Positions 13,286 through 25,717 of a stretch of DNA of 64,000 bases are shown here, one piece after another. The position numbers were made by a program, and so were the translations under genes. The notes beneath the pieces were generated by a model. The model searched no databases. It saw nothing but the letters and a program-made list of their open reading frames with translations, and was not told where the DNA came from. Position 1 is the first letter of the stretch; every line of letters begins with the position of its first letter. This DNA comes from Psilocybe cubensis. Its lineage: Eukaryota. The stretch spans positions 310,001 through 374,000 of the forward strand of contig CM039005.1 in assembly GCA_017499595.2 (NCBI GenBank). The letters run 5' to 3'.

Positions 13286-13966
13286 ATGCCACCGTCGCCC
13301 GCCGAATATCCTCGTACTAGCGTTGAGCACGAATCCAGCGATTGGACAGCATTACACGAGCAGGTACCTTCCACAACCTCACCAGCACCCCTTAGTCCAA
13401 CATCCAAACAAGATGGAGGCGACTACCCGCCTCCCCTAATTTCCAGGCGCTCCGTCCCACTTCCGGCATTAAGCGCGAGCCCAATTATACTCAATCCCCT
13501 TTTAGCCTACACGGCAAACACGCCCTTCATTGCGTTCAATCTTTCCCAACCTTCATCGGCGGCAACCTTGTCACCTAGTGCAACTTTCAACACGTTGACA
13601 GGTCAAGATTTCTGGAGACAGCTGCCCGCGATGAGACCTGAAGGCATTGGATCAATGACCATTCGGCTTGCAGGTGCCGCTGATTGGAGGCCTATTGTCG
13701 TCTTCCCCAAATCGATTTATGACAGCGTGGTTACGGTCGAAGATGTACTACAGGCAGTGAGCCGCGCATTCCGAGTGGCTGTCCTCAGGCGCCAGGGGCA
13801 AAGAGACATATATGCCAGTAGCGACAATCAACGGAGAAGGCACTCCTCAATCCCGTGGGATTACTCCAGCAATCACGGAGAATCCTATAGAATCTGGTGG
13901 GGAGGGTTATATGCCTGTCCAAATGAACGTGATGTTTGGATCTTGCATACGCGGTTGCATTGTTAG
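13286..13966 (+). CDS. DUF6699-like protein (paralogue 1), intronless
   Basis: Pro-rich N-terminus, LNPLL, FNLSQP, PIVV, VTVEDVLQAV, C-terminal WGGL...DVWILH. Confidence 0.7.
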   Translation: MPPSPAEYPRTSVEHESSDWTALHEQVPSTTSPAPLSPTSKQDGGDYPPPLISRRSVPLPALSASPIILNPLLAYTANTPFIAFNLSQPSSAATLSPSATFNTLTGQDFWRQLPAMRPEGIGSMTIRLAGAADWRPIVVFPKSIYDSVVTVEDVLQAVSRAFRVAVLRRQGQRDIYASSDNQRRRHSSIPWDYSSNHGESYRIWWGGLYACPNERDVWILHTRLHC

Positions 13967-14509
13967 TTATACATGGCCATGTACTAATCGGCAATACAAA
14001 TCTATTCTAGTAAATTGTTGATTTACCACACAGATACCCTTACCTCAGGCGGTCGGCTCATTCGAATGATGTAACTTACGTCAAGAAAATGGAAGACCGT
14101 CATTGAGCTCTTAAGCTATTCTGTAAGAACCGTTGTAATCCGACAAGTTGGACAACCGATTTATAGCCATTGAAGACTAAAGATAACACGTTAACAAAAG
14201 TGTGCCGATTCCCGGCGGGAATTCAACAAGTGAGTAGGGCAAGCGGACTCATCTAGACATATGACCTGTTGAGAGGACCAGCCCAAAATAACGGCGATCA
14301 GTAATGTTTCGGTCATTCACTGTGAAGTTACTGAGTTGAACGTTTTGACTATACCCACAACTCATATATCACTGTTTGATAATCTGTTGAGGCCATCACC
14401 GTGCAGATTCTCATGTATCGTAACTATCGCTCTCAAGTTAGTGAGGATCCGTACCTGATAGTCTGGCGACACTGAATATAAGTGGTTCTAGCAGCCGAAC
14501 ACCCGTCTC

Positions 14510-15208
14510 ATGCATCCTAGGTCTGACCGCTACTACGGGGCTCAGAATCAACAAATCAATAATCAGGGAAATCTCCAGGTCGATCATCCACGTACACCAG
14601 CCCAACAACCCCCACCTCTACTGCCCAACAACGTGATCTCCTTACCGTCTCTTATCGACATGACCCATGTCAAGATACATCCCCTACTGAGATACACTGG
14701 AGTACCATCAAGATTGGAGTACGACATTGTCAAGCCCCCCCACACGGCATGTCTTCTGAATCAAACATCCGACGCCGACTGGCAGTATTTACCCGCAGTT
14801 GAGCCACCGTTCTCGCGGATGGTCTCAGAGCTGGTTATCAAGGTACCGGGAGTTCCATCCTTCGTGATCGTATATCCGGAGGATAAATCCAGCGGAATAA
14901 TCACCATTTGGGATGTATTTCGTGGCGTCTACAAGGCAGTTCGAGGGGTCGTCGAAAGCAAATATGGGCAGGATGTTGACACCGTCTTGCAGCACCCATT
15001 TTTTCGGAATAGATTCGGCCCTATGCCTATTGGCCTCAGTCAACTGAAGGAGAAAGGAGAAAAAGAAAGAAGAATGTACGAAATTATAAGGGATTACTTT
15101 GGCGGTGGCAAATTTATCTGGGCGGGCTTATATCCAAGCCGCACTGAGCCAGATGTATGGGTACTCCATACAAGAAACCATGGAATAATGTCTAAACTAG
15201 CCTATTGA
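14510..15208 (+). CDS. DUF6699-like protein (paralogue 2), intronless
   Basis: IHPLL, YDIVKPP, PAVEPP, ITIWDVFRGVY, YFGGGKFIWAGL...DVWVLH. Confidence 0.75.
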   Translation: MHPRSDRYYGAQNQQINNQGNLQVDHPRTPAQQPPPLLPNNVISLPSLIDMTHVKIHPLLRYTGVPSRLEYDIVKPPHTACLLNQTSDADWQYLPAVEPPFSRMVSELVIKVPGVPSFVIVYPEDKSSGIITIWDVFRGVYKAVRGVVESKYGQDVDTVLQHPFFRNRFGPMPIGLSQLKEKGEKERRMYEIIRDYFGGGKFIWAGLYPSRTEPDVWVLHTRNHGIMSKLAY

Positions 15209-15933
15209 AATGATATTCATCCATATATCAGGATTGCTCAGTAGACATGCTGCAAACTACTTTTACACATATTCACAGGAATAGAAAAAGGGATGTAATG
15301 AGTAGAATAGGGGCTGATAGGGCCTCAACGCGGTATCACGCGAGCGATGACGATATCAATATTCAAACTCCGATTAAATTTCAACGTTCAACTTTTCGGA
15401 GTGTTGATATCCAACGAGAATGCTCCTCTCACCTTTTTTCTCCTGGTATTCAGTTATATTTCTGGCCCAAATCTCGCTACGATGCAGTTATACCTGTGCT
15501 TTGCATTCAAATCAATCAGGACGCCAGTGATCCTATCGTGATGTTTGAACCAGGTCCAATGGCAGTTATGCAATCACAGTTCATCATCACAAGTAGAATC
15601 AAGCTATACCGAGTCACCGTAAGAGTCAAATACAAGCTTGTTGATGTTCTCAGATACTCATTCCGATCAACTCAGTGACATGAGCATCACATTTTCCCTC
15701 GTCCTATCTCAATACTGCTTGGATTCGCACACACCATACCCCAGCCATAAAAATAGCAACAACTCATGGAGCTATAGAAGACGTCAAATCTTATGGAAGG
15801 TCACCTACGATATGAAAAATGCTAGCCGATATCACCATTCTGGGTTTAAATGGCGTTCGATGGCAGTGGGGTATGCCTGTTGGTTTCATTCTCACCCCCC
15901 GGTCTGCCTTTATCCCAACCACCTTAGGCGGCG

Positions 15934-18471
15934 ATGAATGATAAACTAGTCGACAATCAGAGAGATGGAGAAAAGGCAGACAACGCAAGTGTTGGCAATG
16001 CGTCGCTATCGGTGGTGGACCCCAAAGGACAAGGTCACCTCAATCCTGGGGAGCTTACGTTTGAAGAAGGTGTGCCCCTTCCATCGTCTCGATGTCATTG
16101 GTTCCTCAATGTTGTCTCAATTAGACGTTGCCGGTGGGATGGGGCGGCACTTAGGAGTGTTCAGTTGCACGATGCTTATGTGAGTTCTGTGCCACTGTTC
16201 AAATGGAACGTTCACCTGAACATTGCTATCAGCGTTGGTAGAATCATTGGGACTGGAATTTTTTCGACACCATCGTCTATTTTATCCTCTGTAGGTTCTG
16301 TCGGAGCGTCGCTTATGCTCTGGGTTCTTGGATTCGTCTTATCCTTCTGTGGATTGTTTGTTTGGCTCGAGTACGGAACAATGTTTCCGCGCTCCGGAGG
16401 AGAGAAGGTCTATCTTGAGGCCGTGTTCAAGAAACCCAAATATCTCGCTACAGTCATATTTGCGAGCAACGCGATTCTACTCGGGTTTACGGCATCTGGC
16501 TGTATTGTGAGTGGGTGCTCTGTTCGACTATCTATCTATTTATATATTTCAACTTGGTACCATGTGCAGGTATTTGCCAATAAGTGAGTCTCTTGAATCG
16601 AGAATTAATGTCACTGTGAATCATTAAGTATTAAATATGTATAGTATTCTCATTTCTGCCGGTCATGCTGCAGAGCGTTGGGTAGTGAGAGGAATAGCGC
16701 TTGGAGGTAGGCTTCATCCTTTTGGATTCCAATTTCCATTTCACGCTGACAAGACCACAGTGATATTTTTTGTGACTGTACTCCATGGCTTAACACCTAA
16801 ATTGGGTGTTCTTCTCATGAACGTAAGCAAAATCGCATCGTAACTTTGTTTCATAACCTACCTTATTCCAGGCCCTGAGCGTCTTCAAAATCATAATCCT
16901 TCTCTTTATCGTGATTACAGGTGCGGAAATCATTTTTTTCACTTCGCCTTCTCTTATACATGCTTAGGCTGGGTTGTACTTTCGGGAAAAACGCGTATTC
17001 ATGATCCCCATGCCAACTTCCGGGATGCTTTTAGTGGAAGCTCGCACAGCAGTAACGACGTAAGATATTTTAATTTATATCGGACTTCACATACGTATAC
17101 CTTTGCTATCCAGTACGCTACCGCTACGTTCAAAGTCCTCAATGCCTACGCTGGGTGGTCAAACGTCAATTACGTGATGAATGATGTAAAGAATCCTGTA
17201 CGGACACTGAAGATTGCAGGCCCACTTGGGCTTGGGATATGTGCTGTTTTCTATCTGCTCGCGAATGTGGCATACTTTGCGTGAGTTCATTGATACTTTT
17301 CAAGAAGAATAGCTCTTACAAACAAGGCCAGCGCTGCTACTAAGCAAGAGATTCGGACATCGGGTGTCACTGTTGCCTCGTTATTTTTCAAAAATGTCTT
17401 CGGGACAGAAGCACAGAAAGCTCTATCCGCGATTGTCGCCCTCAGGTATGTCTACCTCCCACAGCTCACCCAGATTCAACTCACGATGGAAAATGCAGTG
17501 CTCTAGGCAATGTTATTACCATCACATACGCAGCTTCTCGAGTCAACCAAGGTGAGGATCGTACATATCCACTATCAGTATACGATGATCATTGATTCTC
17601 AAAATCTTCAGAACTTGCGAAAGAAGGGGTACCTCTCCCATTTGGCAATAAGTTCTGGGCGTCAAATTGGCCGACGGGGAAGTCGCCCCTTCCTGGATTG
17701 ATCGTCCACCTTATTCCTTCGGTGTGCATTCCCTATGATTGCATACCTCCCGCGGTCCCTCAACCATATTAACAGATAATTGTAATCATTGCTCCACCAC
17801 CATCTGTTGCTTACCCATTTATTTTGGACGTTGAGGGATACCCTCAGCAAATAATTAATCTGTTCATAGTCGGGGTATGTCTATATGAATAATCGGGACC
17901 ACGCCGTTGCTAAAATCCACTTACAGGGATTATTTTGGCTGAGATGGAGGAAACCTCATCTGCATCGGCCATTCAAAGGTCTGTCAAACATGCATAAACG
18001 TCTTCAATTGACTGATCTGTCATCTCAAGTGTGGCTACCTTTAGCCCTCTTCTTCCTAGCGGCATCTGTCTTCCGTATGTATTCTTACGCACCTGTCCAA
18101 AGACTGATGAAAACATTACCATGCTTCACAGTCCTTGTCGCACCGTTTTTACGCCCTGCAAACAAAGTGGGAGATACTCCACCTTTACCGTACTATCTGT
18201 AAGTAAACCTACGGGTTTGATACGTTCAGGACTAACAACCGGTTGACCTATTTCAAGTTATTGTCTAGTTGGCATTGCAATCATGCTTGCAGGGGTGATA
18301 TACTGGGCTGTGTGGCGGGTAGTGCTCCCAAAGGTATTTGGGTATGAGCTTGTACCGCGCAAGGAGACTCTCGAGGACGGTACGGTAGTAAACATGGTAC
18401 GTTGAACTTTCAGGGACTATGTTAGGACGTACTGATGCAATGCTCAGTTTTCGAGGAAGAAGGTTGACTAG
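15934..18471 (+). CDS. APC-superfamily amino-acid permease, Mup1 (high-affinity methionine permease)-like, many exons
   Basis: GRIIGTGIFSTPSSIL, LEYGTMFPRSGGEKVYLE, YAGWSNVNYV, KNPVRTLKIAGP, QELAKEG; ends FSRKKVD* at 18471. Confidence 0.9.
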
Positions 18472-18917
18472 ACCTGTAGATATGCTGCACTGTTATGCTT
18501 TGGTCTGTGCAATCGACCTTTTTACAACTTCACGTACTTCTCTCTCTTTAACTATTAAGCTTCCCCAATGGATGGTACCGCACCGCAGAAGATCGGCCAG
18601 AATCCTATTGTGCTATCTGTTTTTCTTCGACGGTCTTCGGGTCGGCTTCTGGGGACAGTGACACAACGGTACTATAATACCCGAAAGGTTCACCTCCCGG
18701 AAATGTCGTCATGAATATATTCATCACGCAATGTTGGGCCAATACCGGAGTGATACATACAATGACAATGTGATCTTAGGTGAGTAGGTACTACTACAAG
18801 GTGCATGGAATTATATGTTGATACAATGGTGAGACCATTTTTAATTTGATATATTCATTGTTTAATTCGTGACTGTCCGTTACCTTCCGCCTCTATTCCT
18901 TCATATCTCGCGTGTCT

Positions 18918-19496
18918 TTAGACCAGATCCAACACCCAAGTATTCTCCCCGCAAGTGGCTTCGCTCAGTCCAAACCAGCGGGTCTTCCCGTTGAGATATT
19001 TCTTCATGGCCAAAGTGACTTCATTCTCGTTACGGTCGTACACTTCTTCCCTTTTGATCTCCCCGTGTTCCCCCTGGACAATTTGCGGAAGTAGGAAACG
19101 GTTATACGCCTCCAACCTGAAAAGACCCTGCCTTCGAAGGGCCTCGGTGCGAATGGTTGAGTATATAGTGACCAGCACATCCCAGATGGTGAGAAAATTT
19201 GTTCTTGTCGCCGATCCCGGAGCTACCACAATTGGATATAGGGACAATGACGCGATGCGGACATAAATTCGATTGGTGGAGGAAGGTAACAACGCCGGCG
19301 CAGTAAGCAGCTGTCTGGGAACCTCGGCCTGCCATGGTCCAAGACTTATGTCCCAATCAAAACCGGGCCGACTGTTAATGCAGGATAGAACGGGGTGCAG
19401 CACCGAACGGGATCCTGTGTCGTCCGGAAGAGGTACTGTGCTCTTACGGGGTAGTACTGGAGGTGCAATCACAGCACGTGTAATCGACCCGGACAT
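18918..19496 (-). CDS. DUF6699-like protein (paralogue 3), intronless
   Basis: LHPVL, WDISLGP, YPIVV, LTIWDVLVTIY, YLNGKTRWFGL...NTWVLDL. Confidence 0.75.
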   Translation of the reverse strand: MSGSITRAVIAPPVLPRKSTVPLPDDTGSRSVLHPVLSCINSRPGFDWDISLGPWQAEVPRQLLTAPALLPSSTNRIYVRIASLSLYPIVVAPGSATRTNFLTIWDVLVTIYSTIRTEALRRQGLFRLEAYNRFLLPQIVQGEHGEIKREEVYDRNENEVTLAMKKYLNGKTRWFGLSEATCGENTWVLDLV

Positions 19497-21323
19497 GCTT
19501 GCAAAGAACTCGTGCGAAGTCGTATGCTTTACAACGACCCTTGATCAGATGAGCTTCGCTTCCCTAATTCATTTATTAACAACTTCGATTAGGACTCTAT
19601 TCGGTGTTCGATGAATACGCACCTCTTTCAAAACCCTAATTCGTGGCTTATAGCGCGTCAAGCGTGAAAACCAAGTTGAAGCAGTCCTCAAGAAATCAGT
19701 TGTGGTGAGCAGATGGGATGTTTGGATCGAAATTCGCGAGGCGAAATAGGATCGCTGATTTTTATGGGTCTCTATCACTCTGACTAAAAGGATAGAATGG
19801 GGATATGCAACTTTCCTTTGTCCTCATATCAAAATAAAGCCACTCCTGCGATCGCCCTCGCACATCAAAACCATCATCTGCTTTAACCTTCGGGCAATCT
19901 CTCATTGGTCCCTCGGAAACCCTCCTTTGTTGGTTTATATAGCGTCCGAACCACGAGGCTCGTACTTGAGCTCTCAACGTGCTTACATGTATGTAGGTGG
20001 TGAGCGATTTACATAAATTGAAATATCTATTGGAATTTGCTAGATCTATACAAGTTAAACAATGGTTTTCTTTCTTCTTTCGCGGATCTTATTGTGCGTT
20101 CAGGTCTATGTGTTTCATTTCGAATCTTCAAAGAAGTACTCAAATGTTGGTAATGGACTTTAATTAGCTTGGCGGTGAATATCTAAATGCACCTTTTTGA
20201 ACACTTAGACCGCTGCAATAGATTGGAATAGGAACAAGTTTTTTACGTTTACCTCTTATTTGTGAGATTATATTCGTCCTGCGTATTGCTGACATCTGTA
20301 TCCATTTAAAGTGTTGCTGGTATCATATGCGCCAGCGCTGTGAGTAAACAACCAGCCAACGGGAGAGGTATATCTAACGTGTTACGCTCTTTGCGCAACA
20401 TGCATTTAATAAATGGTGTGTGAGTAATGTTAAAAACCAACCTACAGCATAGTCATGCATAACGAATTACTTGAATAGAACACAATGTCTACTGTGCTTT
20501 GGAACGTACGCTAGCATCAAAACTTTCAAATGCACACTCTTCCAAGTCTGGTTTTGCAACTGCGTGTTTCAGGTCCTCATGCTGTCCAACTCTGTCTTCA
20601 GGATTCGCTATCGGATCGGCCGTCACATTGGATTTTGAACTGGCACCAAATCCTTCGGTATGTTGACCTGTGCCTCCTCCAAATCCCCAGGTTTTCTCAT
20701 ATTGACTCCTATTTAAGGTTCCGGAGAAATGGCCTGGCTCCCCACTTATACGTGGCTGTATCTGAGCAAAAAGGATGTCTGAGCATCTGCGCAAGACGTG
20801 AGAGAAATGAAACCTACGCCATGAGAAATTTTCTCCTCCTCTCCATCATCGTTATGTTCATGGGTTGTTTTGCTAATGTAGAACACCAGCTGTCATTGGC
20901 ATAGACACTTCATCAAAGCCTAGATGGGAAATACCAAGGGTCTGTGTGAGGGGTGCGCACAATGTGTTTGACTTGTGAGTATGTTTGCATGTTGCTAGTA
21001 AGAGATTGAGTTAACGCTTTCCATGCACATTCAACAGGGGATGTTTATATGGTGCGCATGGGGCAGTGGGACCAAAGTGGGACCTAGTCACCTGGTAATC
21101 GTCATGAACATCAGTCACGCGAGGCGCCATGTCATATATGGCAAGGGATGACGATTCGGTAACTTGTAGTGCGTTGTGGGTCCGCTTTCTTTCGTTCTTC
21201 CATTATGGAAAATCTATTAAATAATGACTCTCATGCGAATGATGCTATGGCTACTGGTTAAATAAGCGTTTGGGGGTCATAAGTAGCTACCGGCTGCCAT
21301 CCTTGATTATTTTGTAGTGGTGA

Positions 21324-23896
21324 CTATCTTGTCATGGGATTACGAGCACGCATAGCTTCTCCTCTATAGTAAATCCATATAGGGAATGGTATACCCAACA
21401 CAATAGCAAGACCAGCTAACATCTAAAACAACGCGTGATTCAGGTCAATCATAACGATAGGACGCCAGTGTAAATTTAACGGATAGTTACTGAATTTCCA
21501 GGTCCTTCTCCCAACACCTTGTACATTTGGTCACCAAATAACGGGAAAGCGAATCCGAGAATCGAACGAAAGACCTGTATGTTGAATTTTTGCTGAAAAT
21601 CACTTCGGAGAAGTCTATACAACGTGAGTGTCTTACCGATGCGGCAGCCAAGGCGCTAGCGGCGAATTTGAACGCATCAACTAGATATAAAGTAATGGGT
21701 AGGCTGCAACCAAAAAAAATCAATAGCAGTAAAGATAACGAATCCAAAGTAAGCATACAACACGGTCATCATTCCTATGTAAATGTGTTAGACCTCTTGA
21801 ATATCTGCCATCTCTACGCAAACTAGACATACCAAAACCGAAGATAGCAGTTCCAATGATGGGCATAATCCAATGAATCCTGGCTTGAGCTGACCATCCA
21901 TACCAACTAGGAGAGTTTATTCAAAAATCAGCCAGTCTCCGGAAATACGACAACTATTACTCACAAAAGTCCAATTGGTACCAACAGTGACCCGATCAGC
22001 ATGGATGGAATGCGCATCTCTGGTTTTCCCTTTCCTCCGTTTCTATCAGCAAGCTATGGTTTAAGAGGGGGTCATTATGGATACCTTGCAGCTCAAGGGG
22101 AAATATTCTTACATATTTATATAGTGCATCCGCACCTCTAGCACCCCAAACGGTTGAAAGTATAAATCCGACTCCGAGGCCTATATAAGCCAACCCGCCT
22201 GCTCCAGGTCCGAATCCATACGTGTCGCTGAAAAGATCTTTGTAGCTTTTAGCAGGCGATACACACACGGCAGACTGCACACAGGACTGCTTACTGGCAA
22301 AAGTAGAGAACATGAGGTAGTAAATGCCTAAAAATAATCCCAAAAGTTAGCTCAGGTGAACGAAAGTTAAAGAATGGCATGTGGGCCACTGACCATATAT
22401 GCTACGTGTTTCATAAGTTTACTTATATGTAGTTAAAGATGAATGCACTCACAATGCCATGAAAAGACTCATAATGAAGCATATGAAGCTTCCAAATAAC
22501 ATTTCCAGAGGACGAGTGAGATTAATCCACAGAATCTTGGTCATATTTCCTCGAGCTTGAATCAGCATAGGATGCGCTCTTGCTGCCTTTTGTTCATTTC
22601 CCTCGCGCTGAGCCTTACGCATGCGGATCACGGGTGCGTATGTCTCTCGAAGTAGTGGGATTCCGATCACGCTTCCTACAGCGCAGAAAACTGATTACAC
22701 CCAACAAATAATTCACGGAGCAGCACTTAGTCCAGATATAGTATCATAGCCGTAGAGGGGACTTACTTGCGATAACAATGAAAACCCATTTTATGCCAAC
22801 GGTCTGTGTGATATAACCACCAGCCACAGGCCCAATGGCAGGACCTACTCATGGATTTCAAAAAATTGATTCAGGAGCCAGTGACTTCATACTCACCAAG
22901 CAAAGGGCCAAGGTTGAACATCCCCATAGCAACCGCTCGTTCTCTTGGAGCAAAGAGGTCACTCACTGTGCCGCCGCCGATAGCAATCGGTGCACCTCCT
23001 GAAAGTCCACCTATCGAAGGGAACATAAATAAGAATCTTACCCATGACAAGCACCAAAGGACCTACATAAGAAGCGAAATGCTATCAATGCTGCTGTATT
23101 GGGTGCAAATGCACAGCTCAGGTTGAACACGATGGAGAGCAAATTGCCGACATGTAGGATCTGTATTTACCAAAATTAATTTTACGACGTCCGAGTTGAC
23201 ATCGAATGACAAACATACCCACGTCCTTCCATACATCTCTGATAATGGCGCCAAAATGAGAGGCTAAAGCACCAGCGGCGTATCAGCAGACTGGACGTGC
23301 ATAAGACAGATTTACGTTAATTTCAATATACCCATGATCAACTTACTCCAAGTGCGAGAGATATCAGGAACACAGTCAGCGTCATTGCGAGTATGGTCGA
23401 GCTATGAATGTCGAACTTCTCTGCAAGCTCTGGGAGCCCGGGAGACATCATTGAACTAGCGAGGGGCGGTATCAATGTGTACAATGCGACCTGCGTGCAA
23501 ATATTATGAACATAGAGTAAAAGGAGGAGATGAAAGTGCGAAGCTACGAACCACAGCCATAGATATCCACTTCCTATGAGTTGACCAGTTTCTCGCATTT
23601 GCTGGATCGGATTCCCATTCCTCGTCCTCTTCTTCTTGCTTCAACTGTATCTTCTCCTCTATCACTGCGATGGACGTAGGACACTTCACAAGCTTCTCGC
23701 TTCCGATGTCAACATCAACTGCACCACCACCAAGATTATCATTGATTGTCGAAGATTTCCTTGTTTGGCTGATATCCACATCGACATCCATGGAGACATT
23801 TGACCCAGGGACGATGGTACTTGGTGCCGTTGATGCAGCGCCAAACGCTATTGACCCAGACTCCAAATCTGCGACTCTACCTTCACGGCCGCTCAT
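21324..23896 (-). CDS. MFS transporter, DHA1 drug:H+ antiporter family, many exons
   Basis: WESDPANARNWSTHRKW, PLASSMMSPGL, APLSEMYGR, RETYAPVI, NLTRPLEML, YLVDAF...SALAAAS. Confidence 0.92.
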
Positions 23897-25377
23897 GATA
23901 CTGCAGGTACGATTGAATGGTCCAATATATACGTAGACACAGACACAGAAGGGGCAGCAAGACAGGAGACTCAGAAGCAGGAAGATATTCTTTGCAGGCA
24001 ATGAGTGAGTGCATTTTATAGCAAGAAAGTGCCGCTGGTACATATTTTTAATTCAGTAACGTTACTCAGGTGCGAGGGGAACGCATGTACAAAACCAATC
24101 CCCGGGATGCACTGTTATGCTTTGCTGGTCGTGAAAAAGCACATTGTTATTGAGTTAAAAGTATATCTAATGGGAAACAATCTCAGGCACTCAATATAAC
24201 CACGTCGGACACAAAGTCACCCTACCGAAATTAACCCACCGGCCGATGTCACGATATGACGTTATATCTCTGACGCCACGGGGAGGTTCTGACGTTAATA
24301 TCTGTTACAATATACTGACACAAATCTATCACGCTGATGGCTAAATCATGGGACATCTTGAAAAACCCCATATACCAAGTCCCATAATGAAATCTACTCA
24401 TCGATGGAGACATGGGGGGACATCTTTATACCCTATTGACGGTATAGTTTACATAGTAACCCAGCCGTCGTCAAGTTGATGACGAAGAGTTTTGGTGAGC
24501 AATGTGCGCCGAGTGGCTTCATCTGATGACCACCAACGTATATTGAAAATCTCTGCCTCTGTGTCCAGAGATACATAGTCAATGTAAGTAAATCTTTCAT
24601 TCACTTGTAAATATGTGGTTTAATTCTGTTCTAGTTAAATGGAACGCTTATCCGAAGCATCTTCCGTCGATCTCTGAGCGCTTGTAGGCAACATTGATTC
24701 AAGCTCACGCAGTCTAATATTAGTTGTAATCAGTTAGGGCTGCAGTTACTGACCGGCGGTTGCACAAACCACTCACGACAGAGTAACTAAGTAGCTACAA
24801 AACAAACCAATAAGCTGGGGATGCCCTAATTGACGTCGGTGTCCGCAATTCAACATAACATTGGCTCCTTGTTTGCCAGTGGAGGGTTCGATGTAGGAGA
24901 AACATTGATGGTTTAAGCCCTGGCACATATATGTTACTACCGAAGATTAACGACAACGTAGGTAATACTGTCCCTTCCGTCTAACGCGAGAAGTCTCCTT
25001 ACCCTTGTAATTCTGAAGGGGTCTGAAGGTCTGCCAAGGACAAGTCATGCCAAAAATAGATCTGTTATCTGACTCGGCACCCGCCAAAGGATTGTCTTCG
25101 GCAAGTCATCATTCTGCAGTCAGAAGTGCTTTCGATCCAGATTCCAGAATCCAGACTGCCCAATCATGGAGATAATAGGATTATCGACATATCAAGAGAC
25201 ATAAGAAACGATTTTCAAAAATGCAATTTTGGGCAGATAGTCTGCGGCATTCACGGTTTGGCGTTCAGCATCGCGAATCCAAGTCGACCAATAAAACTAC
25301 ACATCTTCTCAATATCAAATACCAATTAATTATTTCCTACCTGAACTTTTTTCGACTGTGCAACTGGGGCATGCAAC

Positions 25378-25406
25378 TTGAAGCTTGAAGCTTGAAGCTT
25401 GAAGCT
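25378..25406. repeat. Heptamer tandem repeat (TTGAAGC)x4
   Basis: ttgaagcttgaagcttgaagcttgaagct in the intergenic region ~320 bp upstream of the P450. Confidence 0.8.
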
Positions 25407-25717
25407 CCAGCTGATGCGGAACGTGCACCAATAATAGCTCGCATCCATGGTTTATTTTGAGCATTTTCGCCGCACAACAAACTTTCGTGTTCAAAAGCCC
25501 GCTGTGTTTGACACCTACCAAAGAAGGGAAGCATCGTTCAGCTGCAAATTCCGCTACAGAACGGAGAACACACCTAGGGTAGCGCGTGGGAAACTTGCCT
25601 TTGCTCAAACCCGGGCTTCGCTCAAGATATGCATTGGAAAACCTTTTTACGTTAGCCTCCGACTCTTTCTGCCTGCTATAAATTGGATGATGATGTACTT
25701 GAGGTATACGGTATAGT

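Noticed and set aside
20489-20990. Possible small spliced gene on the minus strand (…WGFGGGTGQHTEGFG…)
   Set aside because: The candidate exons could not be joined in frame from the plausible ATG; needs RNA-seq.
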